64,000 nt of DNA from Bacteroidales bacterium (lineage in GTDB: Bacteria > Bacteroidota > Bacteroidia > Bacteroidales > B18-G4). Shown here piece by piece: positions 9,107 to 16,922 of the stretch. Position numbers and translations under genes: made by a program. The stretch's first letter is position 1. Each line of letters begins with the position of its first letter. The stretch spans positions 25,774 through 89,773 of the forward strand of contig JAVVEM010000008.1 of the NCBI GenBank assembly GCA_032250805.1, written 5' to 3'. The notes under the pieces were generated by a model that had not been told where the DNA came from, searched no databases, and was given only the letters and a program-made list of their open reading frames with translations.

Positions 9107-11056
9107 TTAATTGATCATTACAGCATCAAACTTGCATACTTCTTCACAGGTGCCGCAGCCAATACATTTATTGTCGACAATAAAGTGGGGGCTTTTTCTT
9201 GTCCCGATGATGGCTGCGGTAGGGCATTTCTTCGCGCAGAGCGTACAGCCTGTACATTTATCCACATCGATGGAGAAGGTCCTGAGCTCAGTACAAACGC
9301 CCGCGGGGCATTTTCTTTCGAAGATGTGTTCTTCGTATTCGTTCCTGAACCAGCGCAGGGTGCTCAGCACTGGATTTGGTGCTGTTTGCCCCAGTCCGCA
9401 CAGCGAAGTGTCTTTGATCACCTGTCCGAGTTTTTCGAGTTGCATAACGCCTTTAAAGCGCTCCAGGGCATCGGCATTGTTGCCATTGGGTTTATGGCTG
9501 ATGCTTTCGAGAATTTCAAGCATCCTTTTGGTACCCTCCCGGCAGGGGATGCACTTGCCGCAGCTTTCGCGCTGAATAAAGTCCATAAAGAACTTCGCCA
9601 CATCCACCATGCAGGTATCTTCATCCATGACCACCAGGCCTCCGCTGCCCATCATGGCACCGGCACTGATCAGCGATTCATAATCGATCTGGATGTCGAG
9701 GTTGGCTTCGGTGATACATCCCCCCGAAGGACCCCCGATCTGTACGGATTTAAATTTCTTGCCGTTGGGTATTCCTCCGGCAATGGTAAAGATGATCTCT
9801 CTTACGGTGGTTCCCATGGGGATCTCAACGAGGCCCGTAAGGGCTACTTTTCCGGAGAGCGCAAATACTTTCGTACCCTTGCTGTTTTCTGTACCGATGG
9901 CGGCAAACTTCTCTTCACCCATCTCCGCGATCGAAGGTATGTTTGAGAGCGTTTCAACATTATTAATAATTGTAGGCTTGCCAAAGAGTCCTTTTACGGC
10001 AGGAAAGGGAGGCCTGGGCCTGGGCATGCCCCGCTTGCCTTCAATGCTGTGGATAAGGGCTGTTTCTTCACCGCATACAAAAGCGCCCGCACCCATTTTA
10101 ATGATCAGCTCCAGACTGAAACCGCTCTGATATATGTTTGCACCGAGAAGTCCGAAATCGCGGGCCTGTTGAATGGCTTCTTTCAGCCTGGCAATGGCCA
10201 GTGGGTATTCGGCACGGATATACACATAGGCTTTTGATGCTCCGATAGCGTATGCTGCAATGGCCATGCCTTCGATGAGCCTGTGCGGATCACCCTCGAT
10301 CACAGCCCTGTCCATGAATGCGCCGGGATCACCCTCATCGGCATTGCAGATCAGGTATTTCTGGCTGGCTTTTTCCCTGTATGCAAATCCCCATTTTCTT
10401 CCTGTGGGAAAGCCCCCGCCACCGCGACCGCGCAAGCCGCTCTTTTCTACCATTTCGCAGACTTCCAGAGGATGCTTTTGTGCAATGATATTTAAAAAAT
10501 TACGATAGCCTCCATGAGCAATATATTCTTCGATCGAGGCCGGGTTGATGAGGCCGCAGTTTTTAAGTACAAGCCTGCTCTGAGGCGCAAAGAATGGGTG
10601 TTCGTCAATGTAGGGCACCTGATCATATGCTTCCAGCGCCAGGCTTCTGAACTGGCCTATGGCGGCTTCCTTATCGGTTTCTCCTGAAAAGGTTTGCTCC
10701 AGCAGTGATCCGGCCTGGCCGGCAGTAACATTTTTATAGGATATCCGGTTTTTCCCCGGAAGCTGTATGTCGACGATGGGCTCTGCCGAACACAGGCCGA
10801 TACATCCTACGCGGATCACTTCCGCATCGATATTGTTTTTGCTTGTCCAGCTTTCGATGGCCGCAATGGTCTTGTCCGCTCCGGCACCCAGACCGCAGGT
10901 TCCGGCTCCTACATAAATACGTGGTTTGGACGTATCTTCACGACGTAGCATTCTTAAACTGTTCCTGTCGGCAGGGGAGAGGTCTTCCGTGTCAACACGC
11001 TGATCCAGTAAGGTCCTTAACACTTCTGCATATTGGTATTTTTTGGTATTGCTCAT
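9107..11056 (-). CDS. hydB: NuoF-like flavoprotein subunit HydB of a multimeric [FeFe]-hydrogenase
   Basis: 649 aa with an N-terminal thioredoxin-like 2Fe-2S domain, FMN/NADH motif GRGGGGFPTG, and ESCGKCIPCREG. The C-terminus has 2x[4Fe-4S] (CTGCTLCAKKCP, CIGCGTCEEVC). The start overlaps the hydC stop (ATGA at 11053-11056). Confidence 0.9.
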   Translation of the reverse strand: MSNTKKYQYAEVLRTLLDQRVDTEDLSPADRNSLRMLRREDTSKPRIYVGAGTCGLGAGADKTIAAIESWTSKNNIDAEVIRVGCIGLCSAEPIVDIQLPGKNRISYKNVTAGQAGSLLEQTFSGETDKEAAIGQFRSLALEAYDQVPYIDEHPFFAPQSRLVLKNCGLINPASIEEYIAHGGYRNFLNIIAQKHPLEVCEMVEKSGLRGRGGGGFPTGRKWGFAYREKASQKYLICNADEGDPGAFMDRAVIEGDPHRLIEGMAIAAYAIGASKAYVYIRAEYPLAIARLKEAIQQARDFGLLGANIYQSGFSLELIIKMGAGAFVCGEETALIHSIEGKRGMPRPRPPFPAVKGLFGKPTIINNVETLSNIPSIAEMGEEKFAAIGTENSKGTKVFALSGKVALTGLVEIPMGTTVREIIFTIAGGIPNGKKFKSVQIGGPSGGCITEANLDIQIDYESLISAGAMMGSGGLVVMDEDTCMVDVAKFFMDFIQRESCGKCIPCREGTKRMLEILESISHKPNGNNADALERFKGVMQLEKLGQVIKDTSLCGLGQTAPNPVLSTLRWFRNEYEEHIFERKCPAGVCTELRTFSIDVDKCTGCTLCAKKCPTAAIIGTRKSPHFIVDNKCIGCGTCEEVCKFDAVMIN

Positions 11057-11523
11057 GACTGATCTTCAGATTTTCTGTAGTTATCAATGATCTGGTCGAT
11101 GCCGGCAGCATCTACCCTGGCATAAAATTCGCCATTAATACATATCACAGGAGCCAGGCCGCAAGCCCCGATGCAAGCCACAACTTCAAGGCTGAAAAGG
11201 CCGTCTCTACTGGTCTGACCCGCTTTGATCCTTAAATTGTCCTGGATTTTTTCCAGTACCGTTGCCGAGCCCAGCACATGGCATGCCGTACCCCGGCATA
11301 CCTGGATGTGGTATTTCCCGAGTGGTTCGAACCTGAACTGGTTGTAAAAGGTCGCAACACCAAAGATTTTGCTGGCAGGCATCCGTAAATGCCTGCCAAC
11401 TTTTACCACGGAACTTTCCGACAGGTAGCCCTCCTTTTCCTGTATGGCCTGCAGTATGGGGATCAACTGATCCTTTCCTGCGCCGGCATTTGCCTCGAGA
11501 ATGATATCTGTTGCTTCTTTCAT
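11053..11523 (-). CDS. hydC: NuoE-like 2Fe-2S subunit HydC of a multimeric [FeFe]-hydrogenase
   Basis: 156 aa with CRGTACHVLG...VACIGACGLAPV, the thioredoxin-like [2Fe-2S] pattern of NuoE/HndA. Confidence 0.9.
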   Translation of the reverse strand: MKEATDIILEANAGAGKDQLIPILQAIQEKEGYLSESSVVKVGRHLRMPASKIFGVATFYNQFRFEPLGKYHIQVCRGTACHVLGSATVLEKIQDNLRIKAGQTSRDGLFSLEVVACIGACGLAPVICINGEFYARVDAAGIDQIIDNYRKSEDQS

Positions 11524-11559
11524 AATAATGATGGATTGGGGAGGATGAACACTGATGGA

Positions 11560-12081
11560 TTAATGGGCTGTAGTTGCCTTCGCTTTTTTATCGAGCAGTA
11601 ATTGTATCTCTGCAAGCAACTTTTCTGCTTCAACCGGTTTCCTTAAAAATCCGTCTACTTTCAGCCAAACCGAAGGGCCTTCCTCGCTTTTGTAGTCAAC
11701 CCCTGCATTGCCACTTACTACATCTTTAATAAGCAATACATCAAGTTCGCGATAGTTGGGGTCCTGGCGGAATTCCCTGGCCATTTCCTGAACACTCGGT
11801 TTGGTGGTTGTAAGAATATCGATAGAAGAAAGCATCATCACCGGCATTTTATTAAAATCAGGGTTTTCGCTAAGTTCCTTTGCCATTTCAAAGCCTTCAA
11901 AGTGAGTGGTCATCATCACATCGAGAATGGCGAGGTCGGGTTTTTCGGTCCAGGCTTTTTTAATGCCTTCGATCTTGTCGTTGGCCGAAACTACTTCGTA
12001 TCCGTTATTTGTAAGGATAGCTTTTACGACGGTGATCACATCAATGTCGTCGTCTACGATCAGAATTTTCTTTGTTTCCAT
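11560..12081 (-). CDS. Stand-alone receiver protein with a large insertion between beta4 and beta5
   Basis: 173 aa with ILIVDDDIDV...LAILDVMM...MMLSS...FLRKP. The Ser85/86 to Lys148 spacing is about 62 residues, against about 22 in CheY. It is the first gene of the hydrogenase block. Confidence 0.7.
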   Translation of the reverse strand: METKKILIVDDDIDVITVVKAILTNNGYEVVSANDKIEGIKKAWTEKPDLAILDVMMTTHFEGFEMAKELSENPDFNKMPVMMLSSIDILTTTKPSVQEMAREFRQDPNYRELDVLLIKDVVSGNAGVDYKSEEGPSVWLKVDGFLRKPVEAEKLLAEIQLLLDKKAKATTAH

Positions 12082-12138
12082 GGTGTTTTTTGTTTAGGTG
12101 ATTTATGATAAAGTTTACGATGCTAAATTACCATGCTA

Positions 12139-12159
12139 ACAAGGTGCTGCACAAGGTGC
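12139..12159 (-). promoter_or_regulatory. Direct repeat ACAAGGTGC x2 (12-bp register) in the upstream region of the hydrogenase block; candidate operator
   Basis: acaaggtgc occurs at 12139-12147 and 12151-12159. On the minus strand this reads GCACCTTGT-GCA-GCACCTTGT and also forms TGCAC-CTT-GTGCA. It lies 58-78 bp upstream of the ATG at 12081. Confidence 0.3.
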
Positions 12160-12306
12160 AAAAGTCGTGATTTGAGGGTGTAAGGAAGTATGAAAATGTA
12201 TGGTAAAAAGAGGAATTACGGAAAGGAAAAACCAGTAAAAAAACGCAATTACAGCAATTCCCGGTCCCCGGGGGTGATAAACGGCAATCCGAAAACGCTT
12301 TTCTGA

Positions 12307-12966
12307 TTATATTGTAACGAGCTTATTTTTAATGGCATACGAGAGCAGGCTGATCGTACTTTTGCAGTTTGTTTTGGATAGGAGGTTGGATTTATGCCCA
12401 ACCACGGTGCGTTCGCTGATAAAGAGTTCTTCTGCCATCTCGCGGTTGTTGAGCCCGTCGCAAATCAACTGCAGTACCTCCTGTTCGCGTTTGGTAAATT
12501 GCAGCTCGCTGCCTTCTTCTTTTTTTTGTTCGGAGAACTTTTTGCCGAAGTACGACCAGAGTTCGGGCGAGTAATAGGTGTTTCCTGCGGCAATGGATTG
12601 AAGCGCCTGGTCGAGGAGTTCCCTGGTAATGTTCTTCAGCAGAAATCCATGTACACCGATATCCATCATCTTGTCGATATATTCCTCATCATCAAACATG
12701 GTAAGGATCACGATCTTCAGGTCGGGGAATTCCCTGATGGCGATCTCGCTGGCTTCAATGCCATTCATAATGGGCATCTGCAGGTCGAGCAGGACCAGGT
12801 CGGCAGGTTTTTCCTTCTGGAGTTCGATAAACTCCTTTCCGTTGGAAGCTTCGCCCGTAACAGTGGCATATTTCAGCCTGTTAACGACCATTTTTAGTCC
12901 ATTCCTGAAAAATTCGTGATCGTCAACGATGATAATTTTGAGCGTATTCTCCGTGTCCTTTATCAT
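12307..12966 (-). CDS. NarL/LuxR-family response regulator (REC + LuxR HTH)
   Basis: 219 aa with IIIVDDHEFF...LVLLDLQMP, and a C-terminal FTKREQEVLQLICDGLNNREMAEELFISERTVVGHKSNLLSK. Confidence 0.9.
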   Translation of the reverse strand: MIKDTENTLKIIIVDDHEFFRNGLKMVVNRLKYATVTGEASNGKEFIELQKEKPADLVLLDLQMPIMNGIEASEIAIREFPDLKIVILTMFDDEEYIDKMMDIGVHGFLLKNITRELLDQALQSIAAGNTYYSPELWSYFGKKFSEQKKEEGSELQFTKREQEVLQLICDGLNNREMAEELFISERTVVGHKSNLLSKTNCKSTISLLSYAIKNKLVTI

Positions 12967-12981
12967 GTGGCAAAGATAAGA

Positions 12982-14295
12982 CTATTTTGCATATCTGCCG
13001 CTTAGTTTTACCTCAACAACGACAAGGGTACCGGCTTCTTTCATGGAATGGATCTTATAGGTGCCATGGATTGATTCGAGGCGGCTGATAATATTTTTCA
13101 GTCCCATGCCAGAGTTCTCAGTATTCAGCACCTTATCAAGGTCGAAACCTATGCCGTCGTCCATGTATGTGAGCTGCAGAATGTCATCGAACTTTTCCAG
13201 GTAGATCTCTATCTTTCCTGCCCCGGAATGCTTTATGCTGTTATTCAGCAGTTCGGTAACCACCCTGTAAAGCACAAGTTCAATGGTTTGGTCGAAACGT
13301 TCCTGTATCGATGCTTCGTAAAGGATGTTGATCTTCTGGCTCAGGTTAATTTTCTTGCAGAACGATTCAACGGCTTTGATCAGCCCAAAGTCGATGATCA
13401 CCCGTGGCGTAAGCAGGTTGGCGATGGTACGGGTTGAGGTGATGGCCTCGTCGAGGATCTCATTCGTTCTCTTGAGAAATTCTGTCCTTTCCTCCATACT
13501 CAGGTCATCCGACTCCAGCTCGTTCACATATAATTTAATTGTCGACATGAGTGGCCCCAGATCGTCGTGTATCTCCCGGGCAATGCGTTCACGCTCTTTT
13601 TCCTCGGCATTGATCACTGCTCTCAGGATCTTGCGTTCCAACTGTTTTCGTTCGGTAATATCCCTGGCGATCGACAATATGGCCTTTTGGCCCTGATAGT
13701 CGATGAGGCGGCTTTTAACTTCAAGCGAAAGGATGCGTCCGTGCCTGGTACGATGTTCGGTTTGGTAGGTATGCTGACCACGTGCCAGGATGAGCTTCAG
13801 GTTTTCATCAACGGCTTCGGTGTATTTCTGTGTTTTGATATCCCTGAAATTCATCCGCTTCATCTCTTCAGCGCTGTAACCCATTGAGTCGATGGCAACC
13901 TGATTAATTTCCAGTAAATTGCCTTCTGTGTCAGCCAGGAATATTTCGTCGCTGCTGTGGTGAAACAAGGTTGAAAAGCGTTTTTCCGATTCTTCGCGCT
14001 CGCGCTCGGTTTTATGGAGGGCGTGGAGAATCCTTGCAATGCCGATCACGGCGATGGCCATAATAATGGATGTGGCAATTCCAAGCCATTCGTCGAGCAG
14101 GATCAGCTCAGGCGAGAGTTCTTTTCCCAAATGTTGCCACAGGTCGACCACCCTGCGAACACCCATGAATATCAGGGCCACGGCAATGAGCATCCACGCG
14201 ACCTTGCTCAGGGCATAGCGCAACAGCCAAAGAGCACCTGCAAAGGCAATAAGCTGCAGCAGAATGGAAACAATAAGTGCATTTGTCGTAAGCAT
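12982..14295 (-). CDS. Membrane sensor histidine kinase (TM-PAS-HisKA_3-HATPase, NarX/DegS class)
   Basis: Hydrophobic N-terminal helices, a PAS-like segment, H-box REIHDDLGP, and an ATPase with MDDGIGF...GMGLKNI. Confidence 0.85.
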   Translation of the reverse strand: MLTTNALIVSILLQLIAFAGALWLLRYALSKVAWMLIAVALIFMGVRRVVDLWQHLGKELSPELILLDEWLGIATSIIMAIAVIGIARILHALHKTEREREESEKRFSTLFHHSSDEIFLADTEGNLLEINQVAIDSMGYSAEEMKRMNFRDIKTQKYTEAVDENLKLILARGQHTYQTEHRTRHGRILSLEVKSRLIDYQGQKAILSIARDITERKQLERKILRAVINAEEKERERIAREIHDDLGPLMSTIKLYVNELESDDLSMEERTEFLKRTNEILDEAITSTRTIANLLTPRVIIDFGLIKAVESFCKKINLSQKINILYEASIQERFDQTIELVLYRVVTELLNNSIKHSGAGKIEIYLEKFDDILQLTYMDDGIGFDLDKVLNTENSGMGLKNIISRLESIHGTYKIHSMKEAGTLVVVEVKLSGRYAK

Positions 14296-14401
14296 GATGC
14301 AATAATAATTATTGCAAATGTATTATTTTTTCCGGGGCACCTGATATGCCTGGATCGACTGTCGTTCCGTGAAGATGATCAGATTAAACCCATCAAAATA
14401 A

Positions 14402-15022
14402 CTACCTCAGCACTTTTTTCCACAGGTAGGTCGCCAGGCTTTGACCGGCTTTGGCATAGGCTTCGCCAATGCGCATCTCGGCATCGAAATCGCCGGCAAA
14501 CAGCCCATTACCCGGAACCTTCGCCATACTTATCCTGGCCACAATATTTTCAGGGGCTTCAGTTTCAACAAAAATGGCTTCAACATTGATCGATGCATTT
14601 TTTCGCGAGATCCCGATGTTAAACCCGGGCTCCAAAAAAGTTGTCTTCAGAATGAGGGTATAATCGGCATTGGTATAGGGCCCGGTCATAATATTTGCGT
14701 CTTTGCTCAGAAAAACCGTATTCATCAACTCCTCAAATCTGCGTTGATAGGTGTTTTCCTTGTCGGCATGCCACTCTGCCTCCCAGTCGTCGCCCTTTCC
14801 GGGCTCATCCTCATTATAATCGTTTTTCTTTTTTTCAATGTATTCAGCTTCGGTGGCGAATTTTCCCACGCCAAAGTCGCTGAAATCGTATTCCACATTG
14901 AGCTCATCGATGCCCTGGATAAAATCAAGGCTTCCTTCCTCCAGTGTGATCTTCTGGGCATGAACGTGAACTGCGAAAAAGGCCACAAGGGCCAGGCTGA
15001 TCATGATCTTTAATGTTTTCAT
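14402..15022 (-). CDS. Secreted hypothetical protein
   Basis: 206 aa with signal peptide MKTLKIMISLALVAFFAVHVHAQ. I do not recognise the family. Confidence 0.6.
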   Translation of the reverse strand: MKTLKIMISLALVAFFAVHVHAQKITLEEGSLDFIQGIDELNVEYDFSDFGVGKFATEAEYIEKKKNDYNEDEPGKGDDWEAEWHADKENTYQRRFEELMNTVFLSKDANIMTGPYTNADYTLILKTTFLEPGFNIGISRKNASINVEAIFVETEAPENIVARISMAKVPGNGLFAGDFDAEMRIGEAYAKAGQSLATYLWKKVLR

Positions 15023-15255
15023 GGTTTTTTGGTTTGTTTATCAGGGTGAATAATATTTTATAGGTTAAGCAGACTTTTGAATATGCTAATTTACGCATTT
15101 TTTATCTGTTTGGCAATACCCGGCTCGTGCTTTTTATACAAGCAAAAAATCAGCTTTTTTGATTAATTAACAATTGCTTAAGAAAAAAATATCGATCTTT
15201 GCCGCTCACTTGAAAAGCAGCATAGCCGGAATTCATTTCCGGCCTGGGAAAGCAG

Positions 15256-16623
15256 ATGTCGAGAAGAAGGATATACATTATAATTATTGCAGTTCTTGTT
15301 ATTGTTGCAGCGTATTTCGTTGTTGCAGCAGCATTTCCGAAAGAGCTTAGCCGTTACCCGGTATTTGTGCTTATCCTGCTGCTCGACCTCTACCTGTGGA
15401 ATGCACTGCGGAGCACGCTCGAAAAATGGAAAAAACCTGTACGGGTCATTTTTAATTCGATATACTGGTTACCCCTCCTGCTTGTGATAAGTATGGGCAT
15501 CTCTTCTTTATTCATCAATTTATATCTCTGGCAGCCGCACCTGGCAACTTATTCAGGAGGCATCGTTTTTATTATTTATGCTTCCAAGCTGTTTGCAATT
15601 GTTTTTTTCCTGCTGGCCGATCTTATCAAGATCATCAGGCATGCCATTCGTTTTGCCTGGCATAAGAAAAAAATGACGGCCTGCCCTGAGGCCGGAAAGC
15701 GCATAAGCAGGGGGAAATTCCTGCAAAACATGGGACTGATCGGCGGGGGCTTTGTGCTCAGCGGACTGATCATTGGTGCTATTCGCTGGGCATACGATTT
15801 CAGGGTGAAACGCGAATACCTCAGGTTTCCCGACCTGCCACCGCAGCTCGACGGCTTAAAGATCGTTCAGATATCCGACCTGCACCTGGGCAGCTGGGCC
15901 AACATTTCAGCATTGCAGGATGCAGTGGATGTGATCAATCAGGAAGATGCCGATTTTATCTTCTTTACTGGCGACCTTGTTAATTTTCTCACAAAAGAAG
16001 CCTACCGGTTTAAGCATATTCTTAGCCAGCTGGAAGCAAAATTTGGCGTATTTGCCGTACTGGGCAATCATGATTATGGCGATTATGTGAAATGGGACTC
16101 TGCAGAGGCAAAAGAGGAAAACCTGCGCGAACTCGAATATTTTTATAAGGAAATTGGCTGGCATCTGCTGCGTAACAACAGCGTTCTGGCAAAGATAAAT
16201 GATGTTACCATTGCCATTGCAGGCGTTGAAAACTGGAGTGCATATGACCGCTTTCCAAGATATGGCGACCTTAAAAAAGCGCTCGAAGGCACTGAAAAGG
16301 CATCGTTTAAAGTACTGCTTTCGCACGATCCCACCCATTGGGACAGGATCGTTAGCCGCAAACACCCCGATATCGACATCACCCTTTCGGGCCATACCCA
16401 TGGTTTTCAGTTTGGCGTGGAATTAAAAAACTTCAAATGGAGCCCCGCCCAGTATATGTATAAGCGCTGGGCCGGCCTTTACGATAATCCTGCCGGCAAC
16501 AAGCCACAATACCTTTACGTGAACAGGGGCCTCGGCATGATTGGCTATCCGGGCCGCATCGGGATACTCCCTGAGATCACCGTTCTGGAACTTACCTCAG
16601 GCTTCTCTGTTTTATCCGCTTAA
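15256..16623 (+). CDS. Membrane-anchored metallophosphoesterase (YaeI-like)
   Basis: N-terminal multi-TM region followed by calcineurin-type motifs SDLHLG, GDLVNF, GNHDYG and SGHTHG. Confidence 0.8.
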   Translation: MSRRRIYIIIIAVLVIVAAYFVVAAAFPKELSRYPVFVLILLLDLYLWNALRSTLEKWKKPVRVIFNSIYWLPLLLVISMGISSLFINLYLWQPHLATYSGGIVFIIYASKLFAIVFFLLADLIKIIRHAIRFAWHKKKMTACPEAGKRISRGKFLQNMGLIGGGFVLSGLIIGAIRWAYDFRVKREYLRFPDLPPQLDGLKIVQISDLHLGSWANISALQDAVDVINQEDADFIFFTGDLVNFLTKEAYRFKHILSQLEAKFGVFAVLGNHDYGDYVKWDSAEAKEENLRELEYFYKEIGWHLLRNNSVLAKINDVTIAIAGVENWSAYDRFPRYGDLKKALEGTEKASFKVLLSHDPTHWDRIVSRKHPDIDITLSGHTHGFQFGVELKNFKWSPAQYMYKRWAGLYDNPAGNKPQYLYVNRGLGMIGYPGRIGILPEITVLELTSGFSVLSA

Positions 16624-16663
16624 TTCCGGTAAAAATCAATTTTTTCTCCTGATCATTGCTTAG

Positions 16664-16677
16664 TGAACATATGTTCA
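16664..16677. repeat. Perfect 14-bp palindrome TGAACATATGTTCA
   Basis: Read directly from the sequence. Core is GAAC-N4-GTTC. It lies in the 300-bp gap between convergent genes. Confidence 0.9.
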
Positions 16678-16922
16678 TTATTTCCGATCAATAGTGTCAT
16701 GCTTGTTATGCCTGTTCGGTGCTATGCCCCGACGGAGCATTAACAATGAAAGAAAAGGGGATGAGATATGACTTCAGGCTCCGTCAATGGCTTGAATTAT
16801 ATTGAGGGGCGCCTGGATGTTGGAGAAGAACAGGCTGTTCCACTTATTGCGCACTCGCTGGAATATATCAATAAAAAATACAGCAGTGATACCAGCGTAA
16901 GCATTGATGCCCCGTAAATCTT

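Noticed and set aside
12082-12200. Sigma-54 (-24/-12) promoter upstream of the hydrogenase block, considered because the sensor kinase H-box is NtrB-like.
   Set aside because: The only TGG...GCA candidate (TGGTAATTTAGCA on the coding strand) has 7 nt between GG and GC instead of 10. No sigma-54 activator (AAA+ domain) is encoded in the window.
15225-15243. Hairpin GCCGGAA-TTCAT-TTCCGGC 12 nt upstream of the metallophosphoesterase ATG, considered as a regulatory element.
   Set aside because: It is a real 7-bp inverted repeat, but it is short and isolated with no T-run or recognisable motif. I cannot support a function from sequence alone.
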